Positions 1 through 9,140 of a stretch of DNA of 54,126 nucleotides are shown here, one piece after another. Each line of letters starts with the position of its first letter. Within the stretch, counting starts at the first letter, position 1. Source of the stretch: a virus (taxonomy: Duplodnaviria > Caudoviricetes); the IMG/VR virus record IMGVR_UViG_3300027911_000017, positions 1 to 54,126 of that record; one strand, 5' to 3'. Made by a program: the position numbers and the translations under genes. The notes beneath the pieces are model-generated. The model saw only the letters and a list, made by a program, of their open reading frames with translations. It was not told where the DNA came from and searched no databases.

Positions 1-25
1 CGGATAACTAAGGACACACTAGAAA

Positions 26-1219
26 ATGGCATACACAACTTTCCCGAAGGTCAGTGACGTTATCAATGGTGTAAGCCAAGACATCCGACAGCAGTTATCG
101 GCTCAAGTTGGTACAACCGGACAGCCTATTCTAATTGACTATACGAATCGTATTCACAAGCAAATACTTCGTTTCAGTCGTTGGACATTTCTTAAGAGTG
201 AACCACAGTACTTCTTGACTCAAATGGGACAGTCATCCTATTGGGTTGGACCCACGGGAACCGGACCCGCTGGGGTGGTTGACACACAGCTTAATCTACA
301 AGACGTATACCAGTTTAAGAAAGACTCTGTAATGGACCTGTCTAATCAACAGGCTTTGAAGTGGCTTTTCACTTCACCACAGGGTCCAAATTTGATTGAT
401 CGTACAGGCATGGGACGACCCGGACTTCCGGCGGTATTTTGCCAAAGTCTTAACGACCCGAGTATCCTTCAGATATTCCCGCCTCCGAACAATCAGAATA
501 ACTCAACACCTTCTCCTCAAGTTCCCGTCGTGCAATCAACGGCAGGCGGGGCTCTTTCGGCACGGGTGTACTTGTTGAAGATTACTCTTGTTGACTCGCT
601 CGGCGGTGAGAGTACTTCAACAACTACTGGCGCACCTCTTTATATCCCGGCTGGTAACTTGGCAGTTGTCAAGAGCCCCGCAACAGGGTATTTCGGTATT
701 CTTCCGGATGCCACTTCTCAGGCTGGCGTTCAATATAACAGGTATAATGTGTATGCTGTTCAAGCTACACTGGTTAATGGTGTGCCTCAAAATGAAGGCT
801 CAGAGACGTTGCAGAACGCCTCTGGGCCTATTTCTTTTGGTAACGACTGGACTGAGCCGCTAACAGGATTGACAACTACAGGTAAATCCACCCCTATTAC
901 CAATACCATGCAGCCAATGGGTGCATATGTCATTAAGTTTGAATACTACAAGAACCGAGCTAAGCTTACAACTGCCGATCAGTTCTTGCAGGTTCCAGAT
1001 GACTATCTTGATGTAGTCATTGCGGGAGTTTCCGCGTATGCTTACAAGATCATGGGCAAACCACAAGATGCAGGGATGCAATGGGGTTTGTTTCAAGAAG
1101 GCCTGAAGTCCATGATTGCCGATAAGAATCAATTTCCAGAAGGTGTGGAGTACATACGGGCTGACTCTAATACGTATGTTAATACACAGATTCTGGGCTA
1201 CCTTGACCCGTTCTTTTAG
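26..1219 (+). CDS. Putative tail adaptor / tail tubular protein A-like, with an inserted beta-sandwich domain
   Basis: 397 aa. Helical N-term (NRIHKQILRFSRWTF), central GLPAVF..LQIFPPP and C-term VPDDYLDVVIAG..AY resemble podoviral head-tail adaptors; lies upstream of tail genes. Confidence 0.55.
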   Translation: MAYTTFPKVSDVINGVSQDIRQQLSAQVGTTGQPILIDYTNRIHKQILRFSRWTFLKSEPQYFLTQMGQSSYWVGPTGTGPAGVVDTQLNLQDVYQFKKDSVMDLSNQQALKWLFTSPQGPNLIDRTGMGRPGLPAVFCQSLNDPSILQIFPPPNNQNNSTPSPQVPVVQSTAGGALSARVYLLKITLVDSLGGESTSTTTGAPLYIPAGNLAVVKSPATGYFGILPDATSQAGVQYNRYNVYAVQATLVNGVPQNEGSETLQNASGPISFGNDWTEPLTGLTTTGKSTPITNTMQPMGAYVIKFEYYKNRAKLTTADQFLQVPDDYLDVVIAGVSAYAYKIMGKPQDAGMQWGLFQEGLKSMIADKNQFPEGVEYIRADSNTYVNTQILGYLDPFF

Positions 1220-1241
1220 AAAGAGCCTTAGGAGGGCTACC

Positions 1242-1406
1242 ATGAATACGAAAGAACTAATTGCTAATATGTTGCAGTTCTCGATTCAACAGCATGAGGT
1301 TAAAGATAATATCATTGCTGACTTGAAGGCAAAGCTTGCTCAGTATGAGCAAGTACATGAACAGAAACCCGAAAAGCCTAAGAAAGTTAATCCTGTAGCT
1401 AACTAA
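1242..1406 (+). CDS. Small hypothetical coiled-coil protein (54 aa)
   Basis: GGAGG RBS before ATG 1242; stop lies just before the next gene's start. Confidence 0.7.
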   Translation: MNTKELIANMLQFSIQQHEVKDNIIADLKAKLAQYEQVHEQKPEKPKKVNPVAN

Positions 1407-1407
1407 A

Positions 1408-3300
1408 ATGCCTACTCCCATTACAGTATCCGTTAATTTTATTGACCTTACAGGTAGCGCAATCAATGGCTACATGACGGCTAATCTGATCTCCCCGACA
1501 GGGATAAATAACCTGTATGTTGCAGGTACAGGTATCATTGCACCTAAGCTCTCTACGAGTAGCACAGGTACAAATGTCTCTGTATCTATTTGGGGAAACG
1601 ATGTTGTAGTGGATGCGGCAGATGGTGCAACAGATACGTATTATACCGTTAATTTATACAACACTTCTAATACACTTATCTGGTCTGCGGCATATGCTTT
1701 TACGGGGGCTGGACCTATAAATCTTGTTGGTTTTCCCTCACTAGTTACAGTACCAGTACCTTCTTTTCCTTTTGCTGCAAGAGCTTCAGGAGTAAATGGG
1801 TCTGTTCAGTTTGCTAGTGGGGGATACTTTGCTTCTGATATAGGTCTTCTATACAGTACGAGTACGGAATCTCTTTATTCTCAAACTAACGCTTCAACCT
1901 TTGTAGTAACTGTATCTAATGTAGGTACACCCGGAGCAGGTAGTTATTCTTATACGGTAGTAGCTAAACGTGGTTCGATTGAGATCGCTATAGGAACTGG
2001 AAGTACTGCTACAGGTAATGCTACACTTTCAGGAGCTAATTATAACTCACTTTCTTGGCCCTCGATAGGTGGAGCTACTTCCTATGATGTGTATGTAGTC
2101 TATAATGTATCTCCTACACTTCTTTTACGAAATGGATTTTTAGCTACCACATCTTCCTTGGCCTATAACGATCAAGGTACGATGGGTACTATTGGTATAT
2201 CTAATGGAGGTCCTACTTCTCCTGAAGATGGTTTTATTGCCATTACAAATGGTCTTCTCGTTTATAACAGTAACCCAAATACTGTACAATCTCATTTTGG
2301 GGATTCAAGTGGTAAGTTAAACCTAGGTGGCTACTTCTCGACCTTGGTAACTTCAGGTCCTCCCGATGGACGTAATGAATTTATAACAGCCGCAAGTAGT
2401 CGAAGTACCTCTTCTCCCTTTGCTACTGTTTCCATTGCTGCTTCCGATAGTTCCTATAATGCTCTTCAAGTCTTCAACTTTGTTAACAATACATTTAATG
2501 GGTATGGAGCATGTGCAGGCAGCTTTATCTCGCTTGCTAATAAGATTACTGATGCAGCTAATGGTCCGGTAGGAGTATTAGTAGAAGGTATAGCACAAGA
2601 TTGTAATCTCACTGGTTTTGCTCAAGACTACGATCATGGAACTGTTTTAGGTGGGTTTTTAACAGCGCAATTTCTTTCCACTACTACAAACTCTCACGCC
2701 GATGCTGTTGTTGGTTCTTTTTCACAAGCAGTAGCAAGTACTTCTGGCGGTTTTACGGGGACTGTAACTTATCTTGTAGGTGCTGCGGGCGCTCTCCAAG
2801 TGGGAAATGATGGAGGAGCAACCGTTCCATCTATTACAAATGGATACGATTTTAAATCAGGTCCTATAGATAATCTTAATGGAGTTGCCGCTACTTTTAC
2901 AAATAAGTATGGTTTCTTTGCGGATAACCCTTCTATTGGTTCTCCTCAAATTGTAATTACAAATGCCTATGGCTTCTATGCTAAATCACAAGTTCCCGCG
3001 CATGGCGTGGGAACAATTACTTCTGCCTTTTATGCAGAAGATCAGGGTAATGCTGCTGGCTCATGGGCTTTATTTACCGCAGGTACAACTCCCTCAAAGT
3101 TTGGGGGTTCCGTTACCGCAGCTTCTAGTATCTTAACAGCAGCAACACCTACTGTGGCTGCTGCACAAATTGGACTAGGTACATCTACAGCTACTTCCGC
3201 AACTGCTGGGGCAAATGGAGCAGTTCCAGCACAAGTTGTAGGCTACATGATCGTGAATATCGCAGGTACAAACTACAAGGTTCCTTACTTTAACAACTAA
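1408..3300 (+). CDS. Tail fibre / tail spike-like protein
   Basis: 630 aa, G/S/T/A-rich beta-type sequence; C-terminal GYMIVNIAGTNYKVPYF resembles fibre tip motifs. Confidence 0.65.
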   Translation: MPTPITVSVNFIDLTGSAINGYMTANLISPTGINNLYVAGTGIIAPKLSTSSTGTNVSVSIWGNDVVVDAADGATDTYYTVNLYNTSNTLIWSAAYAFTGAGPINLVGFPSLVTVPVPSFPFAARASGVNGSVQFASGGYFASDIGLLYSTSTESLYSQTNASTFVVTVSNVGTPGAGSYSYTVVAKRGSIEIAIGTGSTATGNATLSGANYNSLSWPSIGGATSYDVYVVYNVSPTLLLRNGFLATTSSLAYNDQGTMGTIGISNGGPTSPEDGFIAITNGLLVYNSNPNTVQSHFGDSSGKLNLGGYFSTLVTSGPPDGRNEFITAASSRSTSSPFATVSIAASDSSYNALQVFNFVNNTFNGYGACAGSFISLANKITDAANGPVGVLVEGIAQDCNLTGFAQDYDHGTVLGGFLTAQFLSTTTNSHADAVVGSFSQAVASTSGGFTGTVTYLVGAAGALQVGNDGGATVPSITNGYDFKSGPIDNLNGVAATFTNKYGFFADNPSIGSPQIVITNAYGFYAKSQVPAHGVGTITSAFYAEDQGNAAGSWALFTAGTTPSKFGGSVTAASSILTAATPTVAAAQIGLGTSTATSATAGANGAVPAQVVGYMIVNIAGTNYKVPYFNN

Positions 3301-3301
3301 C

Positions 3302-6244
3302 ATGCCTGAACTGACAATCATAGGTGCAAAGGAAGATAATAGATACTTTCCTTACCAGAATGCCTTTCGCGTCATGCGGAAGACTTTCTATCAGGCAGGG
3401 CAGGATAGTTTTACTGCGCCTCCTGCACAGAATCCTGATTCGTTTCAGTCTCTTGTAAATATCGAGCCTGTGACTAAGGGTATTTTGAACAGACGCCGGG
3501 GATACTCCTTGTTGTCAAGTCAATCTCCTGCTACTCCCTATAAAGAAGGGTATAGCTTTAGAAGTGAGAGCAAGAGTTTACGTAGTCAAGTATGGACCTC
3601 TACATCAAATGTTCTAGTGCTAAACGAAGATGGAAGTCCTAACATCAATACGCTATTTGCACCTTCTATTAACGCTAAGTTTGCTCCTCGTATGGTGCTT
3701 AGTAATAACTATGGATACTTTGCAGACGGTCTTTTAGCTGATTATCAAAAATGGGACGGCACATCTGTTGCGGGAAACTTGACTAACTGGGGCATTGATA
3801 TTAACAATGTCACGGGATTTTCCTTTGGTCCGAATGGTCCGGGTACGGCTACCGATTTGGGGGGAGGTCCCTCTAACTTTACCGCAGGTCCTAATACAGG
3901 TAGTTCTGTTGCTTATAACATACCAGCTCCTTCTGGAACACAAGCTTGGACAAGCCTTGGTGGTGGTGTAGGAAGCGTTCAAATAGACAATGGTAGTGGT
4001 TCTCTTTTCTCAGATTACCTTAGAATAACCAATTTTGGATTTGCGCTTCCTACAACAGCAACAGTTACAGGTGTTTTAGTTACAGTTAATAGAGATGCTT
4101 CAAAAGCCAATGAAGCGTATGATAACTCTGTTAGACTTGTTGTAGGTTTAAATGAGGTTGGAACAGAGCACGCCTCTGGAAATCCTTGGCCTGTATCCTC
4201 TGCAAATGCAACCTATGGTTCCTCTTCAGACACATGGGTTGGTGGATTGCTGTACTCTGATGTGAACTCGTCAGCCTTTGGTATTGCTTTTTCTGTTTTT
4301 GGATTAGGGAATTACACAAGTGCGTATGCTAACATTCGTTCAGTTACAATTACTGTATACTACTCTGCTCCTAGTGCAGGAAGCTGGACGAACCCCAATA
4401 ACATCAAGTTAAACGATGGGGCAGTTGCTACTGCTACTGCTACTGTAGCTGCTTCTTCTTTTCTACAAGCAACGAATTTTGCTTTGGCTCCTACAGGTAC
4501 GCCTATAGGAATTCAAGTAGACATCAAGTGTTCTACGTCTTCTGGAACTCCATCCATTAACCCTGTGTTGGTAAAGGGAGGTAATGCCTTTGGTACACCC
4601 AAGACTGCTACCATTTCCAGCAACTCTCTTGGTTTCATTTCCTTCGGAGGTCCTAATGATCTCTGGGGCGGTCTGTGGGGCGTAGGAGATATCAACGGTT
4701 CAACTACTTTTGGTGTTCAGTTCTCTATAAACGCACTAACAGGTTCTCCTGTAGTTAGTGTAGATTATGTTCGCATTACTGTATATACACTTGCCGGAGC
4801 TCCCTCGGTTGCTATTTCTGGGGTAGGCATTACCCTACTTAGCGGTAGAGTCTACGCAATCGCTTTTCAAAATTCCTCTACAGGTCATGTCAGCCACTTC
4901 TCTGGCTTTTCTGCCAGCACAGGAGCTCTTACCAATCAGGGAATTTCAGTAACCAACATTCCTGTATCTCTCGATTCACAGGTGGATACCAAGCTTATTC
5001 TAGCTACTGCGGATGGTGGAGATACGACTACTCTTTATCTTATCGCCACAATCCCTAATGCGACAACGAGTTACGCAGATACAATGACAGATAGTACGTT
5101 GTTAACTCAACCGATATATCAGCAAACGAATCAAGATGGGACCCTTCACGGGGTGGCAAATAACAAACGGCCACCTGCGATTAACTACCCCACGAAGCAT
5201 AAGGGTCGTATTTATGGGTCTATTCAAGGTACGTTATACTTCAGCAAGAATTTAGATGAAGTAACTACTTCCACAGGGACCATTACCTCGAAGTGGGAGG
5301 AAGCGTGGCCTGCTACGAATGCAATGGATGTCAGTGAAACCGCTGAAACAATCCAAGGTATTATGAGCGATGGAGAAACGCTTTGGCTCGCTACAGAGCG
5401 TTGTATTCGTCGTCTAATCGGAGACTCTCCTAGCAACTTCCAGAAGCCTGAGATTCAATTCAACGAAGCTGGCTTGCTTAACATGGACAGTTGGAAGATC
5501 ACATTCAAGGAAGATAATCCTATAGGTACGATGTGGATTACTCCGGACTTTCGAGTTATGTGGTCAGACTTCAACACGTATCAGGATGTTGGGGCTCCTA
5601 TTCAGAATCTGTTGAACAGCATAAATCTTTCTGCTGTGTCACAGATACATGGCTGCTTCGTTGCCAAGGGTCCTGCGGAATACTACATGTTATACCTTCC
5701 GACAGGAACTAATGCATATCCGGATACTGTTTGTGTGTATAACTTGAAAAGTGCTAAGTGGTTTATTTGGAAGCCTACCGATTTTGTATCCAGTAGCTTA
5801 TACTTCATAGATGCTTCAGGTATACCACGCTGGACCTTCGCCACCCAAGCCGGGTCCTTGTATGAGTGGAAAGATACTATCACACAGGACAGGGTTAACA
5901 ATACAGCGGTAAGTTATTCAGCTACAATGATAACTCCTTGGTTGGACTTTGGGGATGAAGGTCTCACAAAGGCCTTTAATAAAATGATCGTCACAACTTC
6001 AGATACAACCATGACGATTGGCATTCAAGGAGCTATCCGAGATACTGACTTGGACTCGGGGGGTGTTACAGTTCTTCCTCCTACGCTTTTGCAACCGGAG
6101 ATTTTCGGTGATCTCTTTATTCCATTAGTAGGTTCTCCCGGATTTTACAAGTGGTATCAGATCACATTCACAAGTCCTGTGAATGCCATTGTAGATGTGC
6201 TTGATGGCTTTGACATTGAAATTATGCCATCCATGAGGATGTAA
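3302..6244 (+). CDS. Tail nozzle / tail tubular protein B-like (P22 gp10-type position), with inserted repeat domains
   Basis: 980 aa. N-term LVNIEP..GILNRRRGY and C-term propeller-like segments (HKGRIYG, LYFS, VCVYNLKSAKWFIW, TPWLDFG); upstream of ejection genes. Confidence 0.6.
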   Translation: MPELTIIGAKEDNRYFPYQNAFRVMRKTFYQAGQDSFTAPPAQNPDSFQSLVNIEPVTKGILNRRRGYSLLSSQSPATPYKEGYSFRSESKSLRSQVWTSTSNVLVLNEDGSPNINTLFAPSINAKFAPRMVLSNNYGYFADGLLADYQKWDGTSVAGNLTNWGIDINNVTGFSFGPNGPGTATDLGGGPSNFTAGPNTGSSVAYNIPAPSGTQAWTSLGGGVGSVQIDNGSGSLFSDYLRITNFGFALPTTATVTGVLVTVNRDASKANEAYDNSVRLVVGLNEVGTEHASGNPWPVSSANATYGSSSDTWVGGLLYSDVNSSAFGIAFSVFGLGNYTSAYANIRSVTITVYYSAPSAGSWTNPNNIKLNDGAVATATATVAASSFLQATNFALAPTGTPIGIQVDIKCSTSSGTPSINPVLVKGGNAFGTPKTATISSNSLGFISFGGPNDLWGGLWGVGDINGSTTFGVQFSINALTGSPVVSVDYVRITVYTLAGAPSVAISGVGITLLSGRVYAIAFQNSSTGHVSHFSGFSASTGALTNQGISVTNIPVSLDSQVDTKLILATADGGDTTTLYLIATIPNATTSYADTMTDSTLLTQPIYQQTNQDGTLHGVANNKRPPAINYPTKHKGRIYGSIQGTLYFSKNLDEVTTSTGTITSKWEEAWPATNAMDVSETAETIQGIMSDGETLWLATERCIRRLIGDSPSNFQKPEIQFNEAGLLNMDSWKITFKEDNPIGTMWITPDFRVMWSDFNTYQDVGAPIQNLLNSINLSAVSQIHGCFVAKGPAEYYMLYLPTGTNAYPDTVCVYNLKSAKWFIWKPTDFVSSSLYFIDASGIPRWTFATQAGSLYEWKDTITQDRVNNTAVSYSATMITPWLDFGDEGLTKAFNKMIVTTSDTTMTIGIQGAIRDTDLDSGGVTVLPPTLLQPEIFGDLFIPLVGSPGFYKWYQITFTSPVNAIVDVLDGFDIEIMPSMRM

Positions 6245-6618
6245 TGCCAAGCCGACCAGCACGAATTACTGATCTCTCTAGTCCTGATGCTGTCCATGTT
6301 ATCAATCAACTTTTTGCAGAGTATGCAAAAAGGATTGACGATGTGAACAAACTGGCTACCCCTAAACGACTTGCCAGCCGATCTTTCCTTAAGTTTGGAA
6401 CAGTAGGAGCTAATAGTTGTGTAGAAGCTACTGTAAACCTTCTTGGGGCAAGTACAAATCTAGTTGCCCACGCCAACCCTGTATTACCTTTAGGTAGTAC
6501 TAATCTTACATGGACTGCCTATGTTTCGGCGGCCAACCAAGTTAAAGTACGTGTATGTAATCCTACCGCTGCGGGAATCGCAGTCAATACTGTAGAATGG
6601 AATATACTGGTCGCATAA
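6244..6618 (+). CDS. Small virion-associated hypothetical protein
   Basis: 124 aa, translationally coupled (TAATG); beta-rich C-term. Confidence 0.55.
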   Translation: MPSRPARITDLSSPDAVHVINQLFAEYAKRIDDVNKLATPKRLASRSFLKFGTVGANSCVEATVNLLGASTNLVAHANPVLPLGSTNLTWTAYVSAANQVKVRVCNPTAAGIAVNTVEWNILVA

Positions 6619-6619
6619 A

Positions 6620-6868
6620 ATGGAAATAAGCGAACAAACACTCGTTGATCTTGTCAAAGGACAAGCCACTGTAGCGCAAGCCCTAAAAGACCTAACGACC
6701 ACTGTAGGAAGTGCGCTTCCTGCTTTGGTTGAAGAAGATAAGCGTTTGGAACGGCATATTACAAAGGTGGAACGAAAGGAATGGTATATGGCAGGAGCAG
6801 GAACAGTAATTGGGTTCTTGCTTTCCAAGTATGCTGAACCTTATATTACTTTATTTGGAGGGAAGTAA
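6620..6868 (+). CDS. Coiled coil plus C-terminal TM protein (holin/XhlA-like candidate)
   Basis: 82 aa; heptad segment followed by hydrophobic WYMAGAGTVIGFLLS. Confidence 0.4.
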   Translation: MEISEQTLVDLVKGQATVAQALKDLTTTVGSALPALVEEDKRLERHITKVERKEWYMAGAGTVIGFLLSKYAEPYITLFGGK

Positions 6869-7212
6869 TGAATAGGATTCGAGTAGCTACCAAGGAAGAA
6901 GTTGAAGGAATCGCCGCGTATAGCGACTGTCAGGGTTGCATGGTGCTGGCATTGGATACAAAGGAAGGAACAGCCTTTGCTGTAGTGAGGACCTGTGTAG
7001 AGGTTGATCCTGTGATCTACCCTGAAGGCTATCAACCACGTTTAATGGCTATGTTTCAGCGAGACGTGGAGACTGTACTTGCTGCACAAGGGGCCACGAA
7101 GTATTATTTTAATGTACATGCTACGAATGAAAAGATGTTGCATGTAGCAGAGACACTTGGAGCAATCAAGCAATCCACGGAACCGGAATACAGATTCGTA
7201 AAGGTCCTATAA
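6868..7212 (+). CDS. Putative GNAT-like protein
   Basis: C-term YYFNVHATNEKMLHVAETLG resembles a GNAT motif; same position as GNAT-like genes before ejection proteins in podoviruses. Confidence 0.45.
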   Translation: MNRIRVATKEEVEGIAAYSDCQGCMVLALDTKEGTAFAVVRTCVEVDPVIYPEGYQPRLMAMFQRDVETVLAAQGATKYYFNVHATNEKMLHVAETLGAIKQSTEPEYRFVKVL

Positions 7213-7215
7213 ACT

Positions 7216-7896
7216 ATGAGTACTAAAACACAAACGACTACCCAGAATCAGTACGATCCAACTGCCATGAATACCTATCAAGGTCTTCAGGGAGGGCTTG
7301 GTTCAAGTATCAGTGGGTACATGAACAATCCCTTTAGCAATCCCTTCTTTCAAACCCAACAACAGATGGGAAATAATCAAGCCAATCTGTATGGTGGAAC
7401 TGCCATGTCTAACATCACTCGTAATATGAATCTGATGGGTATGGGAGGGGGAAACAACGCGGCTGCTATGGAAATGATGAACAATCAGCAGCGTGGGAAT
7501 ACCAACATGAGAGCTAACCTTGGCTTTCTTAATCCTGTTCAGAATGCCTTTACTGCACAGCAGAATGCTATGGGACTTGCCTCGCAGTATCGTCCGCTGC
7601 AAACAGGTGGAACGCAGACTCAGACTAAGAGTGGACTTGGAACATGGCTGCCGCAGTTAGCTGGAGGGGCTTTGAGTTTGGCAACAGGCGGTATGTTCAA
7701 GGGTGGAGGTGGCGGTCCTCAGCAGCAATCCGATGCCCAGATGGCGAATGTTTGGAATTCTGGTGCAATGACCAACATGCCTACAGGCGGAGGGGCCTAT
7801 AATAACCCGTTCACTTCACAGCTTCCTAACTTTGGAATGACAGGTGGATATAACATTCCGACAGGCCCTAGTCCTTTCTCAATGCAGAATCCGTAA
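7216..7896 (+). CDS. Internal virion / DNA ejection protein
   Basis: Q/N/G/M-rich 226 aa with GLGTWLPQLAGGALSLATGG hydrophobic segment. Confidence 0.55.
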   Translation: MSTKTQTTTQNQYDPTAMNTYQGLQGGLGSSISGYMNNPFSNPFFQTQQQMGNNQANLYGGTAMSNITRNMNLMGMGGGNNAAAMEMMNNQQRGNTNMRANLGFLNPVQNAFTAQQNAMGLASQYRPLQTGGTQTQTKSGLGTWLPQLAGGALSLATGGMFKGGGGGPQQQSDAQMANVWNSGAMTNMPTGGGAYNNPFTSQLPNFGMTGGYNIPTGPSPFSMQNP

Positions 7897-7910
7897 TCCT
7901 AAGGAACAAC

Positions 7911-9140
7911 ATGGCACCCTTTAATAATGATCCTAATCAACCACAGCAAGGTCAAGCACCTTGGAGTGGGGACTATTCTGCTCGCTTAAATGAGATGCTT
8001 GCGCCGTATCAACAAATGGCTCAGCAGTTTCAAAGTCCTTATGCCACAATGAGACCTAATAGTTGGATAGCTCAGAACCATCCACAACTAGCTCAGAAGT
8101 TGGATAACGCCTTCCTTACTATGGGTATGACTCCAGACTCTCAAGGTCCTGAAGGTGTAGGTGGAGGCATCTCTCGAACTATGCAAGGTTTGATAGGAGC
8201 ACAGCAATTCCATCGTCAGCAGATGATGCAGAATGCCATGCTTCCCTATCAGATGATGATGCCACAGTTACAGGCACAGGACATGGTTGCTCAGATGGAT
8301 GCCCGTAGAGCAACCGCCATGCGAGAGCAAGACTATCATGAAATGATTACAGATAGGTATGGTCCCGCAGGATTGCAAGCTCAAAGAAACGCAATGGAGC
8401 AACAAAAGATAGAGGCCTTTCTAAATCCTTCCATGCTCGACCATCGCAGGGCACTGGCAAAGGCAGGATTACCCGCTAATGCTGATATCAGCAATGTGCC
8501 TCCAGAAAAACTTGAATTGTACAATCAAGCGTATCAAGGCTTCCAAAGAGAACGGCAGCGTTCAGCTCCCGCAGGTTCTTATGAAGAGCAAATTGAAAAC
8601 ATGCGACTTAATGAGGACCCTGCTGTAAGAGCACAAGGCGAACGTCGTTGGGCTGACCACCTTCAAGTACTTGGACTTCAAGCGGGTAGAGTAGCTGGAG
8701 CTAAAGTGGAAGCTGAACAACCTGTAAAAGATCAAGAGACCTTCCTTAAGGAAGAGACTGCTAACGCCTATAAGGACATTCAACCGCCTAAGCCTTTCGA
8801 TCAGTGGCTCGGGGAGCAGGGTCAGTTTGCCAGAGAGGACGTTCAGACTGATCTTACAGGTGCGCAAAAGAAGATATACGAAGCCAAGTGGACCCAAGCT
8901 CAAAAAGACTACGAACAAGCTAACGCCCAAAGGGGAAGTGAAGTACAACAATGGAAGCAGAGTGCTGCTAAACAGGGTATACCTTTTATGACATGGCGTG
9001 CTGACCCTAGTAAGTATGCTCAACAGGGACCGGGAGTTAAATCTGCTCCTGCTCCAACCAGAATGTCAACTACACCCACAACTGCCCCAGCTAGCACTAA
9101 AGCACTTGTCTTTAATCCCGCTACAGGAAAACTTGAATAA
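7911..9140 (+). CDS. Internal virion / DNA ejection protein
   Basis: Q/A-rich helical 409 aa between the pilot-like gene and the giant virion gene; AAGGA RBS. Confidence 0.55.
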   Translation: MAPFNNDPNQPQQGQAPWSGDYSARLNEMLAPYQQMAQQFQSPYATMRPNSWIAQNHPQLAQKLDNAFLTMGMTPDSQGPEGVGGGISRTMQGLIGAQQFHRQQMMQNAMLPYQMMMPQLQAQDMVAQMDARRATAMREQDYHEMITDRYGPAGLQAQRNAMEQQKIEAFLNPSMLDHRRALAKAGLPANADISNVPPEKLELYNQAYQGFQRERQRSAPAGSYEEQIENMRLNEDPAVRAQGERRWADHLQVLGLQAGRVAGAKVEAEQPVKDQETFLKEETANAYKDIQPPKPFDQWLGEQGQFAREDVQTDLTGAQKKIYEAKWTQAQKDYEQANAQRGSEVQQWKQSAAKQGIPFMTWRADPSKYAQQGPGVKSAPAPTRMSTTPTTAPASTKALVFNPATGKLE

